A stretch of DNA of 64,000 bases. Origin: Patescibacteria group bacterium (GTDB lineage Bacteria > Patescibacteriota > CPR2 > UBA1875). Below are positions 32,656 to 41,792 of the stretch, piece by piece. The position numbers and the translations under genes were made by a program. Position 1 is the first letter of the stretch, and every line of letters starts with the position of its first letter. Location of the stretch: NCBI GenBank assembly GCA_041737595.1, contig JBGSRK010000010.1, positions 126,244 through 190,243 on the forward strand. Direction: 5' to 3'. The notes under the pieces are model-generated. The model did no database searches, was not told the origin of the DNA, and saw only the letters and a list, made by a program, of their open reading frames with translations.

Positions 32656-33901
32656 TACATTAAGCCAATTCATTTCAAAAATTGAAGGGCATGGTAAATT
32701 AAAATATAATATCGCTGAATCATGTGTGAGTGTCAACATTGATGAAGGGGAGAGGCTCTTTGAACGACTAGTAATTGGTAGGAGTTATACTGAGCTTGCA
32801 TTTATTACTGCAAGAATTTGCGGAGTTTGCCCAACAGCACATGCTATTGCCGCCACAAGAGCCATAGAAGATGCTTTTGGAGTTGATCTTAATGATAAAA
32901 TAAATAGTTTAAGGTATGCAATTGAGGCAGGACAAATTATACAGTCTCATGCTCTACATTTATTTTTTCTTGCTCTCCCTGATTATATTAAAGTCCAGAA
33001 TGGTCTAGAATTACATGAAAAAGATCCTGGATTATTCAAAATCGCAAGCGAACTAAAGTCTGCAGGAGATGAGGTTATAAAAGTAATTGGAGGAAGAGCT
33101 ATCCATCCATTAACACCTACTGTTGGGGGATTTACAAAAGTCCCAACCAAAAAAGAAATTGAAAAACTTATTATTAAAATAAGATCCGCCCAAAGACTTG
33201 CAATAGAAACTCTTGAAATTTTTGCCGGGCTAAAATATCCACATTTAAATAAAAAGGAAGAATATTTTTCTTTAACAAAAAATGGTTTTGTAGATATTTT
33301 AGGAGACAAATTAATGTCTACAGAGGGAGTAGAATCTGATGTTAAAAGTTATCAATATGTAATTAAAGAAATAGTTAAAAAGAACTGTACTGCAAAACAT
33401 GCGCTTCATGACGGACATGGGTTTATTGTGGGAGCAACTGCCCGCGTTAATCTTATGAGCGAAGATGATTTCAACCCAAAAACTCAAAAAGCCCTAAAGA
33501 TGTTGAAAATCAAACTTCCTATCACAAACAGCTTTAAAAATAACCTAGCTCAAGCAATCGAAATCTTACATTTTTGCGAAGAAATAGAAAAACAACTGAC
33601 AAGCTTTATTTGGAGTAAAGATGAAAGAACTAAAGTTGGGTATAAGATTAAGGCTGGGGTTGGAGTTGGAGCAACTGAAGCCCCTAGAGGGACTTTATTC
33701 CATATGTATGAATTTGATGAAAAAGGGATTGTTATTAATTGCGATATTATCACTCCTACAGTCCAAAACCTTACCAGCCTGGAAGATGATGCTAATGAGT
33801 ATTTGAAACAAAATAAATCTGTCTCTATCCCAAGACGACAAAAAGAACTTGAAATGCTAATTCGGGCATATGACCCCTGTATTACTTGTAGTGTCCATTA
33901 A
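32645..33901 (+). CDS. hydA: [NiFe]-hydrogenase large (alpha) subunit, group 3b-like
   Basis: KIEGHG, L1 RICGVCPTAH, EAPRGTLFH, L2 RAYDPCITCSVH followed directly by stop. Confidence 0.94.
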   Translation: MSHNTLSQFISKIEGHGKLKYNIAESCVSVNIDEGERLFERLVIGRSYTELAFITARICGVCPTAHAIAATRAIEDAFGVDLNDKINSLRYAIEAGQIIQSHALHLFFLALPDYIKVQNGLELHEKDPGLFKIASELKSAGDEVIKVIGGRAIHPLTPTVGGFTKVPTKKEIEKLIIKIRSAQRLAIETLEIFAGLKYPHLNKKEEYFSLTKNGFVDILGDKLMSTEGVESDVKSYQYVIKEIVKKNCTAKHALHDGHGFIVGATARVNLMSEDDFNPKTQKALKMLKIKLPITNSFKNNLAQAIEILHFCEEIEKQLTSFIWSKDERTKVGYKIKAGVGVGATEAPRGTLFHMYEFDEKGIVINCDIITPTVQNLTSLEDDANEYLKQNKSVSIPRRQKELEMLIRAYDPCITCSVH

Positions 33902-33909
33902 AAAGGCAA

Positions 33910-33933
33910 AGTCTCCGTCAGTTGACAGAGACT
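33910..33933. terminator. Hairpin between convergent genes
   Basis: AGTCTC-C-GTCA-GT-TGAC-A-GAGACT. Confidence 0.55.
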
Positions 33934-33934
33934 C

Positions 33935-34555
33935 TTAGAGCCCTAGTGCCTCTTTAGCACGCTTTGTAGCTCTTTGTAGCTGGGTTCCTTCGTAGTTTAG
34001 TGTCCCGACCCTGTCAACAGCTTTCATGAACTCCATGTCGCTTGCTTGTTCGAATAGTAGTTGTTCTATTTCTTTCTTTGTGCATCTAGAAGAAAAAACT
34101 CCTCCAAGATGAGCAACAAGGTTCCCTCTCTGAGAACCAAGCGGAATAAGCCCTTCAAAAGAGATTATCCGCCCTTCATTTTGGTAAATCCCATTTGTTA
34201 GCGGTAACAAGGTGTGGGCAACTGCTCGAATTTCTGGCTCAATCTCTCTTGCAACAGACAAAACCCCCAGCTGAGCCTCTTCGTTCATATCTCGATAATG
34301 GTCAGGGAGACCATACCTGTGTAGAACGGAGTTTGCCGTAATCACGCCATTGATGCCCTGTTCTTTCAATTTCTGTATGGAGTTCTCGGCAATTGGCATA
34401 AGATCAGCCGGAATCATACCCTCAAGGTTCTCGAGGGCTGATTTGTTTAATGCTGTAGCCACGATAAACATTGGGCCAACGTCTCCTCCACAAGTAGCAA
34501 GAGAAGAGACCAATACTTTAAGCGCTTGGCTTGTAATAAGTGTCACTTCTCTCAC
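33935..34555 (-). CDS. Hypothetical protein directly downstream of hypC (tentative distant DUF6390-like)
   Basis: AGGAGG RBS overlaps the hypC stop (likely start GTG at 34546); ATCGG and NLVAHLGG motifs. Confidence 0.6.
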   Translation of the reverse strand: MREVTLITSQALKVLVSSLATCGGDVGPMFIVATALNKSALENLEGMIPADLMPIAENSIQKLKEQGINGVITANSVLHRYGLPDHYRDMNEEAQLGVLSVAREIEPEIRAVAHTLLPLTNGIYQNEGRIISFEGLIPLGSQRGNLVAHLGGVFSSRCTKKEIEQLLFEQASDMEFMKAVDRVGTLNYEGTQLQRATKRAKEALGL

Positions 34556-34558
34556 CTC

Positions 34559-34777
34559 CTATGCGGTTTCGTTTGATCTACGAATCAAATCTAGTATATC
34601 ATGGGCATCTTTTTCGGGTAAAATTGAAATACCAATTTCCCCGTGTGCCATTATCCAGTCTCCTACTTTTGCCTTTGGGATTAATTGTAATGAAACATTA
34701 AAGGTTTTACTATCATGTTCAACAGTAGCTATTTCTTTATCTATTTTTTTTATTTGTATCGGGGTTGCAAGGCACAT
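34559..34777 (-). CDS. hypC: Hydrogenase maturation chaperone HypC/HupF
   Basis: N-terminal MCLATP; VGDWIMAHGEIGI. Confidence 0.93.
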   Translation of the reverse strand: MCLATPIQIKKIDKEIATVEHDSKTFNVSLQLIPKAKVGDWIMAHGEIGISILPEKDAHDILDLIRRSNETA

Positions 34778-34791
34778 ATATTCCTTTTATT

Positions 34792-34867
34792 TGGTGGGCC
34801 CGGTAGGATTCGAACCTACGACCAATCAGTTATGAGCCGACTGCTCTAACCACTGAGCTACGGGCCC
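34792..34867 (-). tRNA. tRNA with CAT anticodon, most likely tRNA-Ile2 (lysidine)
   Basis: GGGCCCGTAGCTCAGTGGTTAGAGCAGTCGGCTCATAACTGATTGGTCGTAGGTTCGAATCCTACCGGGCCCACCA; G1-C72 paired and no initiator GGG/CCC anticodon stem. Confidence 0.9.
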
Positions 34868-34918
34868 GCGATTTTTAGATTTTAACTTATTTTGTGCTTA
34901 TTTTCAATAATTTATTGA

Positions 34919-35362
34919 TTATTTATTTACAACAATGTGTCTATTATAACCTTCTCCATAGCTCTCAGACTTGTACCCAGATTCAGTTAAAAAGCTATGA
35001 GCAATTCTTCGTTCATATGAACTCATCGGTGGTAACTCCTGTGATTTGCCTGTTTTCTCAAGTAATGTAATTGCTTTCCCGGCCATATCTTTAATTCTGT
35101 CTTCTTTTCGTGCCAAGTAACCCGCAACATCAACTGATATTATTAAATCTTGTCCAAGCTCTTTTTTTAATACAATAGAAAGAATATGTCTTAATGATCT
35201 TAAATTATCACCATGAAATCCTATTAACAAAGGAGAGTCTTCTCCTTCTATTTCAATTTTTAAATATTCCTCAACTGTAAATACTTTAGAAACAGCTTTT
35301 ACATCAAGCTTATCTAAAAAATCATTAACAATTTCTTGGGCTTTATTTTCTTTTTTTACCAT
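34919..35362 (-). CDS. jag: Jag/EloR/KhpB RNA-binding protein (KH + R3H)
   Basis: LLIGFHGDNL KH loop; LPPMSSYERRIAH R3H; follows yidC. Confidence 0.9.
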   Translation of the reverse strand: MVKKENKAQEIVNDFLDKLDVKAVSKVFTVEEYLKIEIEGEDSPLLIGFHGDNLRSLRHILSIVLKKELGQDLIISVDVAGYLARKEDRIKDMAGKAITLLEKTGKSQELPPMSSYERRIAHSFLTESGYKSESYGEGYNRHIVVNK

Positions 35363-36128
35363 TTTTATTCTCTTCTAGTGTTTCTACTTCTTTATTCATT
35401 ATTAAATATTGCTGGCCCACTGCAAACAAAGTTGAAGTTGCCCAATAAAGTGCTAGTGCGCCCGGTAATATATATGCAAACCAAACTGTCATAAGTGGCA
35501 TAAGATAGGTCATTTGTGACGTAATAGCACTAGCTTTATCATTTTCTTGTTTCTTTGGCATTAACATTTTTGATTGTATAAATTGTAATACACCTGCAAG
35601 AGCACCTAAAAAGAGATTAACAGGGGCCTTAACTGCAGCCAAATCTAGTAACCCAAACATTGAGGTGTTTAGTGTTGTAATTGAATTAGTAAAATTAGTA
35701 ACTAAGCTTGTGTTTTTTAAAAAGGGATAGATTTGGGTCATTATTCCTGAGTCAGCTGAAATTTTAATAAATTCAGGATCTACAAATTTTCTAAAAACTG
35801 CAAAAAGTGCGAACAAAAAAGGAAGCTGTATTAGGGTTGTTAAACAAGAAGAAAAAGGGTTAACCTCTTTTTCTTTATATAATTCCATTACTGCGGCATT
35901 TAATTTTTGTGAATCTCCTTTATATTTTTCTTTAAGCTTGTTCATTTCAGGTTGAATTGCAGTTATTGCTCTTTGAGAATGAAGTTGTTTAGAAACAATG
36001 GGCCAAAGTACAATTCTGACAAGAATTGTAATTAATATTACTGCGACCCCAAAATCGTGGCCAGGAACAACTGACGAAAAGAAAAACAGTATATTTAGAA
36101 GTGGTTTTACAAAAATTGTATCAAACAT
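35343..36128 (-). CDS. yidC: Membrane protein insertase YidC
   Basis: FGVAVILITILVRIVLWP, IQPEM..LKEKYK, LYKEKEVNPFSSCL..LIQLP, ALALYW. Confidence 0.96.
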   Translation of the reverse strand: MFDTIFVKPLLNILFFFSSVVPGHDFGVAVILITILVRIVLWPIVSKQLHSQRAITAIQPEMNKLKEKYKGDSQKLNAAVMELYKEKEVNPFSSCLTTLIQLPFLFALFAVFRKFVDPEFIKISADSGIMTQIYPFLKNTSLVTNFTNSITTLNTSMFGLLDLAAVKAPVNLFLGALAGVLQFIQSKMLMPKKQENDKASAITSQMTYLMPLMTVWFAYILPGALALYWATSTLFAVGQQYLIMNKEVETLEENKNGKKRK

Positions 36129-36149
36129 ATCGAATCCTTTCTTTAATCT

Positions 36150-36380
36150 CTATTTAATGGGGTCAAATCCACCCTTATTCCAAGGGTTACATCTTAATAA
36201 TCGCCTAAACCCCTTTGCCATACCACCCAAACTCCCATATTTATCAATAGCATCTATAGTATATTGGCTACAAGTGGGCTGAAATCTACAAACATGCTGT
36301 ACCCCACCTGAAAACCATCCATGGTCTGGGGATAGGGTTTTTTGGTATATTTTTATAATATAAATTAATATTTTTTTCAT
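36150..36380 (-). CDS. yidD: Membrane protein insertion efficiency factor YidD
   Basis: YQKTLSP, CRFQPTCSQY, RLLRCNPW..GGFDP. Confidence 0.96.
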   Translation of the reverse strand: MKKILIYIIKIYQKTLSPDHGWFSGGVQHVCRFQPTCSQYTIDAIDKYGSLGGMAKGFRRLLRCNPWNKGGFDPIK

Positions 36381-36381
36381 T

Positions 36382-36714
36382 TTATTTAATATTTTTAATA
36401 CCTTCTATTATGGTTCTTTCTATTTCGGCAAAATCCACAATTTTTGACTTTTCCTTAATAACTATAATAACATCAAAACCGGTTGGTATATCAAGATATA
36501 TTTTTCTAATAATTTCTCTGTATTTTCTTTTAATACTGTTTCTTTCTGTTGCTTTTGTTGATATTTTTTTACCAACAACAACCCCAACGCGCGTATTTCT
36601 GGTTTTGTTTATAAGCCAATTTAAAGAAAATAGAGGCGCCGAAAAAAAGGATCCTTTTTGATAGACCCTTTTGAAATCACGACCATTTACTAGTCTTTGG
36701 TGTTTTGGAAGCAT
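36382..36714 (-). CDS. rnpA: Ribonuclease P protein component
   Basis: RL...DFKRVYQKG, RVGVVVGKK..KATERNSIKRK. Confidence 0.95.
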   Translation of the reverse strand: MLPKHQRLVNGRDFKRVYQKGSFFSAPLFSLNWLINKTRNTRVGVVVGKKISTKATERNSIKRKYREIIRKIYLDIPTGFDVIIVIKEKSKIVDFAEIERTIIEGIKNIK

Positions 36715-36860
36715 TAAACCCCCGCTTTAGGCGTGAGCTTTTTTCTTCCTTTTAATCTACGAGCGGCTATTACGTTGCGCCCACCCTTTGTTGCCATACG
36801 AACAAGGAAGCCATGTACTTTACCAACTCTTGCTTTTTTGGGTTGAAATGTTCTTTTCAT
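36714..36860 (-). CDS. rpmH: 50S ribosomal protein L34 (below the ORF-track cutoff)
   Basis: Translated by hand: [48 protein letters not shown]; stop overlaps the rnpA ATG. Confidence 0.96.
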   Translation of the reverse strand: MKRTFQPKKARVGKVHGFLVRMATKGGRNVIAARRLKGRKKLTPKAGV

Positions 36861-36934
36861 GTGACCTATATTAACTTAAATTTAACAATATTTCAAGTAC
36901 ACTTAACGGCAGATTAGTGTATATTTATTTATAC

Positions 36935-36972
36935 TGTGGAAAATCGATCTTAAAAAATACTCTTGTGGAAAA
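36935..36972. promoter_or_regulatory. Two DnaA-box-like sites upstream of dnaA
   Basis: TGTGGAAAA at 36935 and 36964 (reverse complement TTTTCCACA). Confidence 0.75.
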
Positions 36973-37019
36973 CTATTTATTTGCTCTATAATAGTACTAC
37001 TAAAGTATAGGGCTTTTAT

Positions 37020-38369
37020 ATGGTAGATAAATCCAGCGCATGGCAGGCTGTATTAGGGGAACTGGAGGTCGGCTTATCGCGGGCTAATTTTACGACGTGG
37101 TTTAAAAACACCAGCCTTTCTGATTATCAAGATGGTATTGTAATAGTTTCTGTTCCAAATATTTTTACCAAAGAATGGCTTGAGAACAAATACCATAAAC
37201 AAATAGCGGATGCCCTTAGAAAGATTATTCCAGAAATTAAATCTGTAACATATCAAGTTGGCGGAAATATTGTAAAAAGTGAATCTATCACGCCTACTAT
37301 CGAAGAGGTAGTAAAAATTGAAGAAAAAACCCTTCCTGAATCTTTTGGTGATCTAAACCAAAAATATACTTTTGAAAGCTTTGTCCCTGGGGATAATTCT
37401 AAGCTTGCATTTGCAGCAGCTCAATCTGTTGCAAACAATCCAGGAGAAGAATATAATCCTCTCTTTATTTATGGTGGAGTTGGTCTTGGAAAAACACATT
37501 TAATGCAAGCAATAGCACATGCCATATTAAAAAAAGATCCTAAGAAAAAAATTGAATATGTCTCGAGTGAAAAATTTACCTCTGATTTTGTTAATTCTTT
37601 AATGAATAAAAGTACAAATCGTTTTAAAGATAAATATAGAAAAATTGATGTTTTATTAGTTGATGATTTACAGTTTTTAGGTGGTAAAGAACAAACTCAA
37701 GTTGAATTTTTTCATACGTTTAATGAATTACATCAAGCAAAAAAACAGATTATTTTAGCATCTGATAGACCACCAAGATCTATCCCTACTCTTGAGGATA
37801 GGTTGCGCTCTCGTTTTGAGTGGGGATTGATTGTTGATATACAACCTCCTGATCTTGAAACAAGAATTGCAATTTTACAAAGAAAGGCACAATTAAGAGG
37901 AATAAATATTCCTTTAGAGGCCTTGGATTATATTGCTAAACAAATTCAAAATAATATTCGAGAATTAGAGGGTGCTTTAAATAGAATTTTTGCTTATTGT
38001 GAATTAAATAATACTCAACCTGATTTACCAACTATTACAAACATTTTAGGAGGCTTACTTGCTGGTTCAAAAAGAAGAGGTGTGACTCCAAAACAAATTT
38101 TAGATAAAACAGCAGATTTTTATGATATAAGTATTGAAGAAATTACTGGTCCTAAAAGAGATAAAGATATCGTTTTACCACGTCAAGTTGCTATGTATTT
38201 AATGAGAGAAGAACTTCATTTATCATATCCTAAAATAGCAGCAGAGGTAGGTAAAAAAGACCATACAACAATTATGCACGGGGTTATTAAAATTGAAAAA
38301 GAAATTGATGCAAATGAAAGATTAAGACAAGAAATTGGTTTAGTTAGAGAAAGGTTATATATGAGGTAA
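37020..38369 (+). CDS. dnaA: Chromosomal replication initiator DnaA
   Basis: YTFESFV, YNPLFIYGGVGLGKTHL, LLVDDLQF, RLRSRFEWGL, KDHTTIMH. Confidence 0.99.
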   Translation: MVDKSSAWQAVLGELEVGLSRANFTTWFKNTSLSDYQDGIVIVSVPNIFTKEWLENKYHKQIADALRKIIPEIKSVTYQVGGNIVKSESITPTIEEVVKIEEKTLPESFGDLNQKYTFESFVPGDNSKLAFAAAQSVANNPGEEYNPLFIYGGVGLGKTHLMQAIAHAILKKDPKKKIEYVSSEKFTSDFVNSLMNKSTNRFKDKYRKIDVLLVDDLQFLGGKEQTQVEFFHTFNELHQAKKQIILASDRPPRSIPTLEDRLRSRFEWGLIVDIQPPDLETRIAILQRKAQLRGINIPLEALDYIAKQIQNNIRELEGALNRIFAYCELNNTQPDLPTITNILGGLLAGSKRRGVTPKQILDKTADFYDISIEEITGPKRDKDIVLPRQVAMYLMREELHLSYPKIAAEVGKKDHTTIMHGVIKIEKEIDANERLRQEIGLVRERLYMR

Positions 38370-38637
38370 TTAGTTAAAACTGTGTAAAAGTAGTTATTTT
38401 CTGTGGATAAAACCGATATACTGGGTACAACTTATATAATATATAATATATAAAGAATATTATACACAGATAATAATTAATAAATCAGACTAAAAATCAC
38501 AAGTAACACACATTATTAAAAACCAATTTTTTACTATTATATAAGGTAAAAATACACTTATAACCAATATCCACAAAGTATATAGTAATAATAATTAATT
38601 TAATAAAAGAAATATATTATTAAAAGAAGGAGATTAA
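38370..38637. other. Replication origin oriC (dnaA-dnaN intergenic)
   Basis: DnaA boxes TGTGGATAA (38402), TTATACACA (38460) and ATATCCACA (38567), followed by DnaA-trio-like TAGTAATAATAA and an AT-rich stretch. Confidence 0.85.
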
Positions 38638-39738
38638 ATGAAAATATCTTGTTTACAAGAAAATCTAAATAAAGGGGTAACAACTGTTTCTAGGCTTGTT
38701 TCTATTAAAGGAACATTAGAAATACTTTCACATATTTTAATATCTACAGAGAATGGAAGATTAAAATTATCAGCTACTAATTTAGAAATGGGAATAAATT
38801 ATAAAGTTGGTGCAAAAATTGAAAAAGAAGGTTCAATAACCGTACCAGCAAAACTTTTTTCTGAATTAATTTCACAATTACCATTAGGAAAAATTGATTT
38901 AGAAGAAAAAGATGAAACTTTATATGCAAAAATTGATGGATTTAACTCTCAAATAAAAGGTTTATCTTCAGAAGAATTTCCTTTGATTCCAAAAATTAAA
39001 GAGAAAAAAATCATTTCAGTAACAGCTGGTGAACTTAAAGATGCAATCCAGATGGTTTTCTTTTCTGCTGCACCTGATGAAACAAGGCCAGTGCTTTCTG
39101 GTATTTATTTTAAAGTTGAAAAATTAAAAATTTATTTAGCTTCTACAGATTCTTATAGATTATCTGAAAAAATAATTAATTTAAAAGAAAAAGAAACTTC
39201 TATAAAAGAAATTATTATTCCTGCAAAAACAATGATTGAATTATCACGTGTTTTAGATGACCCTGAAAAAATAGTTAATATATATATAAATGAAACACAA
39301 ATAATGTTTGAAACAGATGATTTTGAAATAACATCAAGATTAATAGAAGGTAAATTCCCGGATTATAAACAAATTATACCGACCGGAGCAGAAACAAAAG
39401 CAGTTTTAGATAAAGATAAATTTTTAAGTGTTATAAAAGTAGCATCACTTTTTTCTAGAGATACTGCTGGTAGTATTACTTTAAATTTTTCAACAAAAGG
39501 AAAAATAGAAGTAATTGCTTCTGGTTCTCAATATGGTGAAACAGATTCAACTTGTGATGCCGAAGTAACTGGAAAAGATTCTGACATTATATTTAATAGT
39601 AAATATATATTAGATGTCTTAAATAATTTACCATCAGGGAATATTACACTTGAAATATCAGGTAAATTAAACCCGGGTGTACTAAAAAAAGAAGGCGACA
39701 AAGATTACACATATGTGATTATGCCTCTAAGGGCTTAA
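38638..39738 (+). CDS. dnaN: DNA polymerase III beta clamp
   Basis: ATNLE, GSITVPAK, RPVLSG, STDSYRL, SRLIEGKFPDY, YVIMPLR. Confidence 0.98.
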   Translation: MKISCLQENLNKGVTTVSRLVSIKGTLEILSHILISTENGRLKLSATNLEMGINYKVGAKIEKEGSITVPAKLFSELISQLPLGKIDLEEKDETLYAKIDGFNSQIKGLSSEEFPLIPKIKEKKIISVTAGELKDAIQMVFFSAAPDETRPVLSGIYFKVEKLKIYLASTDSYRLSEKIINLKEKETSIKEIIIPAKTMIELSRVLDDPEKIVNIYINETQIMFETDDFEITSRLIEGKFPDYKQIIPTGAETKAVLDKDKFLSVIKVASLFSRDTAGSITLNFSTKGKIEVIASGSQYGETDSTCDAEVTGKDSDIIFNSKYILDVLNNLPSGNITLEISGKLNPGVLKKEGDKDYTYVIMPLRA

Positions 39739-39739
39739 A

Positions 39740-40819
39740 TTGAAAATTAAAGAAATTAAACTTACTAATTTTCGTAATTGGGAAGAAGATTCTTTTAATT
39801 TTTCTGATAGAGTTTTAATTTATGGTCCAAATGCACAAGGGAAAACAAATATACTAGAAGCACTCTATTTAATTGCAACAACCAGTTCTTTTAGAGGCAG
39901 GGATGCAGAAGTTATTACAAAAGATAAAGACTTTATGCGTCTTTGCGCTAAAATTGAAAAAGAAAAGGAAATAGAAGTTAGTGCGGTTTACCAAAAAATC
40001 GAAAATGGAATACAAAAAGAATTTGTAATAAATAATAAAAAGAGGCCTTCTATAGATTTTGTTGGAGAATTTTCAGCAATTATTTTTTCACCAGAAGATA
40101 TTGCCTTAATTTCTGGAACCCCGGAAATTAAAAGAAGATATCTTTCTTTTACAATAGGACAAAAGGATAGAGAATACCTTTATGATCTTTTGAATTATAA
40201 AAAAGTATTAAGACAACGGAACGATTTATTAAAACGCTGGGACATAGGAATAATAAGAGCAGAAATAGATATTTGGGATATAAAACTTGCTGAATATGGC
40301 CAAAATATAATTATAAAAAGAAAAGAATTAGAAGAATTCATTAATACAAAAATAAGTTATTATTATCGTGAAATATCCAGAGAAGATAAAGAAATAAAAT
40401 TTATTTATGAACCATCACTAGAAAAAGATGATCTACTCAAATCATTAACAGAGAATAGAGAACGGGACATAAGAGAAAAATCCACCACAAACGGTCCACA
40501 CCGCGACAGCTGGACGATTACCATCAATGGAGTATCATCGGCCAAATTTGCATCTAGAGGTGAAGCCAGGACCGTTATACTGGCTCTTAAATTATGTGAA
40601 AGAGATTGGTTCTTAGAAAAAGGCGGGGATGAGCCGGTTATACTCTTGGACGATGTTTTTTCTGAGCTTGATGAAGATCGTAGAAAATATCTGGTTGATG
40701 CTTTCTTGGGTTCACAACTTATTATCACAACAACAGACCTAGAACATTTAGATAAAGAATTTATTTCAGAAACTCAATTAATTAATATTAAAAAAGAAGA
40801 ACCCTTTATTATTTCTTAA
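39740..40819 (+). CDS. recF: DNA replication/repair protein RecF
   Basis: LTNFRN, GPNAQGKTNILEA, RQRN, GPHRD, ASRGE, LLDDVFSELD. Confidence 0.96.
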   Translation: MKIKEIKLTNFRNWEEDSFNFSDRVLIYGPNAQGKTNILEALYLIATTSSFRGRDAEVITKDKDFMRLCAKIEKEKEIEVSAVYQKIENGIQKEFVINNKKRPSIDFVGEFSAIIFSPEDIALISGTPEIKRRYLSFTIGQKDREYLYDLLNYKKVLRQRNDLLKRWDIGIIRAEIDIWDIKLAEYGQNIIIKRKELEEFINTKISYYYREISREDKEIKFIYEPSLEKDDLLKSLTENRERDIREKSTTNGPHRDSWTITINGVSSAKFASRGEARTVILALKLCERDWFLEKGGDEPVILLDDVFSELDEDRRKYLVDAFLGSQLIITTTDLEHLDKEFISETQLINIKKEEPFIIS

Positions 40820-40839
40820 TAATTATATATTCTAATGTT

Positions 40840-41106
40840 ATGGGTAATTTAGGAAATATATTAAAAAACAAAATAGAAGAACTTGGAATTTCAAAACAAG
40901 TTGAAGCGGTTGATATTGTAGAGCGCGCAACTAAAGAAATTGCAAAATTTATTCCAGCAGAAGACTTTGAAGTTGTTAGTTTTAATAAGGGAATAATAAA
41001 AATAGCAGTAAAATCATCTTCAGTAGCCAATGAAATATTATTTTTAAAACCAAAAATTATTATTTTAAAAACTAATAAGCTTAAAATAAATCAAATAAAC
41101 CATTAA
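40840..41106 (+). CDS. DciA/DUF721-like protein, possibly truncated at the C-terminus
   Basis: Follows recF; GIIKIAVKSSSVANEI pattern. Confidence 0.65.
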   Translation: MGNLGNILKNKIEELGISKQVEAVDIVERATKEIAKFIPAEDFEVVSFNKGIIKIAVKSSSVANEILFLKPKIIILKTNKLKINQINH

Positions 41107-41792
41107 ACTGGTACTTCACTGATAATTACATTTTCTGGATTAGCCCCAACAGATGTGAGCCAGTCTTTTATTAGTTCATTTATTACAGAAATAGGTTTTT
41201 TGTTTGAATATTGGACCTGAATCTCGGTTGTACCATTACGATTTTCAAATGCATGTACGATAGTAAAAAAATCTTTTTCTATTGGAATATCTTTAACAAA
41301 TTCGAACCCTTCCACATAGCCTTCTTCGAATTGGTCAGTTCTTTCTGTGTCTAACCTTTCTAGATAGGGGCTTATTTCATCTAAATTATTTAACTCTCTT
41401 GTTATAAATAATATTTCTAGACCCCTCCCCTTTATACCAGTAATACCAATCGGGAATATTAGTAATTTGTATTCCGTATTAGGAAAAAGTTTTTGGCCCT
41501 CTTTACTCTTAATTTTTAATATTTTCCCATCAGAAAAGCCAATAAGTTCATTTTTAACACCAATTTTATCTGAAAATAATTGAATATTATTAATTTGATT
41601 AGAGTTTATTTTTTTACTAAAAGTTAGATTAATATTGGGCTCAAGTGAAACATTCTTACTCCCATTTTCTGGTTCGACAGCCACGATTTTTGGCGGAGAA
41701 ATATATACAACAACTCCAACAATAATAACCCAAAACAATAAAGCCAAAACCGCTATAAGTATAAATTTATTATTTTTATAAGAATCATTCAT
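41103..41792 (-). CDS. Membrane-anchored Ig-like (Big_5-type) domain protein
   Basis: TM helix, then PPKIVAVEPENGSKNVSLEPNINLTFSK..LFPNTEYKL. Confidence 0.7.
   Translation of the reverse strand: MNDSYKNNKFILIAVLALLFWVIIVGVVVYISPPKIVAVEPENGSKNVSLEPNINLTFSKKINSNQINNIQLFSDKIGVKNELIGFSDGKILKIKSKEGQKLFPNTEYKLLIFPIGITGIKGRGLEILFITRELNNLDEISPYLERLDTERTDQFEEGYVEGFEFVKDIPIEKDFFTIVHAFENRNGTTEIQVQYSNKKPISVINELIKDWLTSVGANPENVIISEVPV

Noticed and set aside
34350-34835. 161-aa plus-strand ORF
   Set aside because: Antisense to hypC, its partner gene and the tRNA; no motif.
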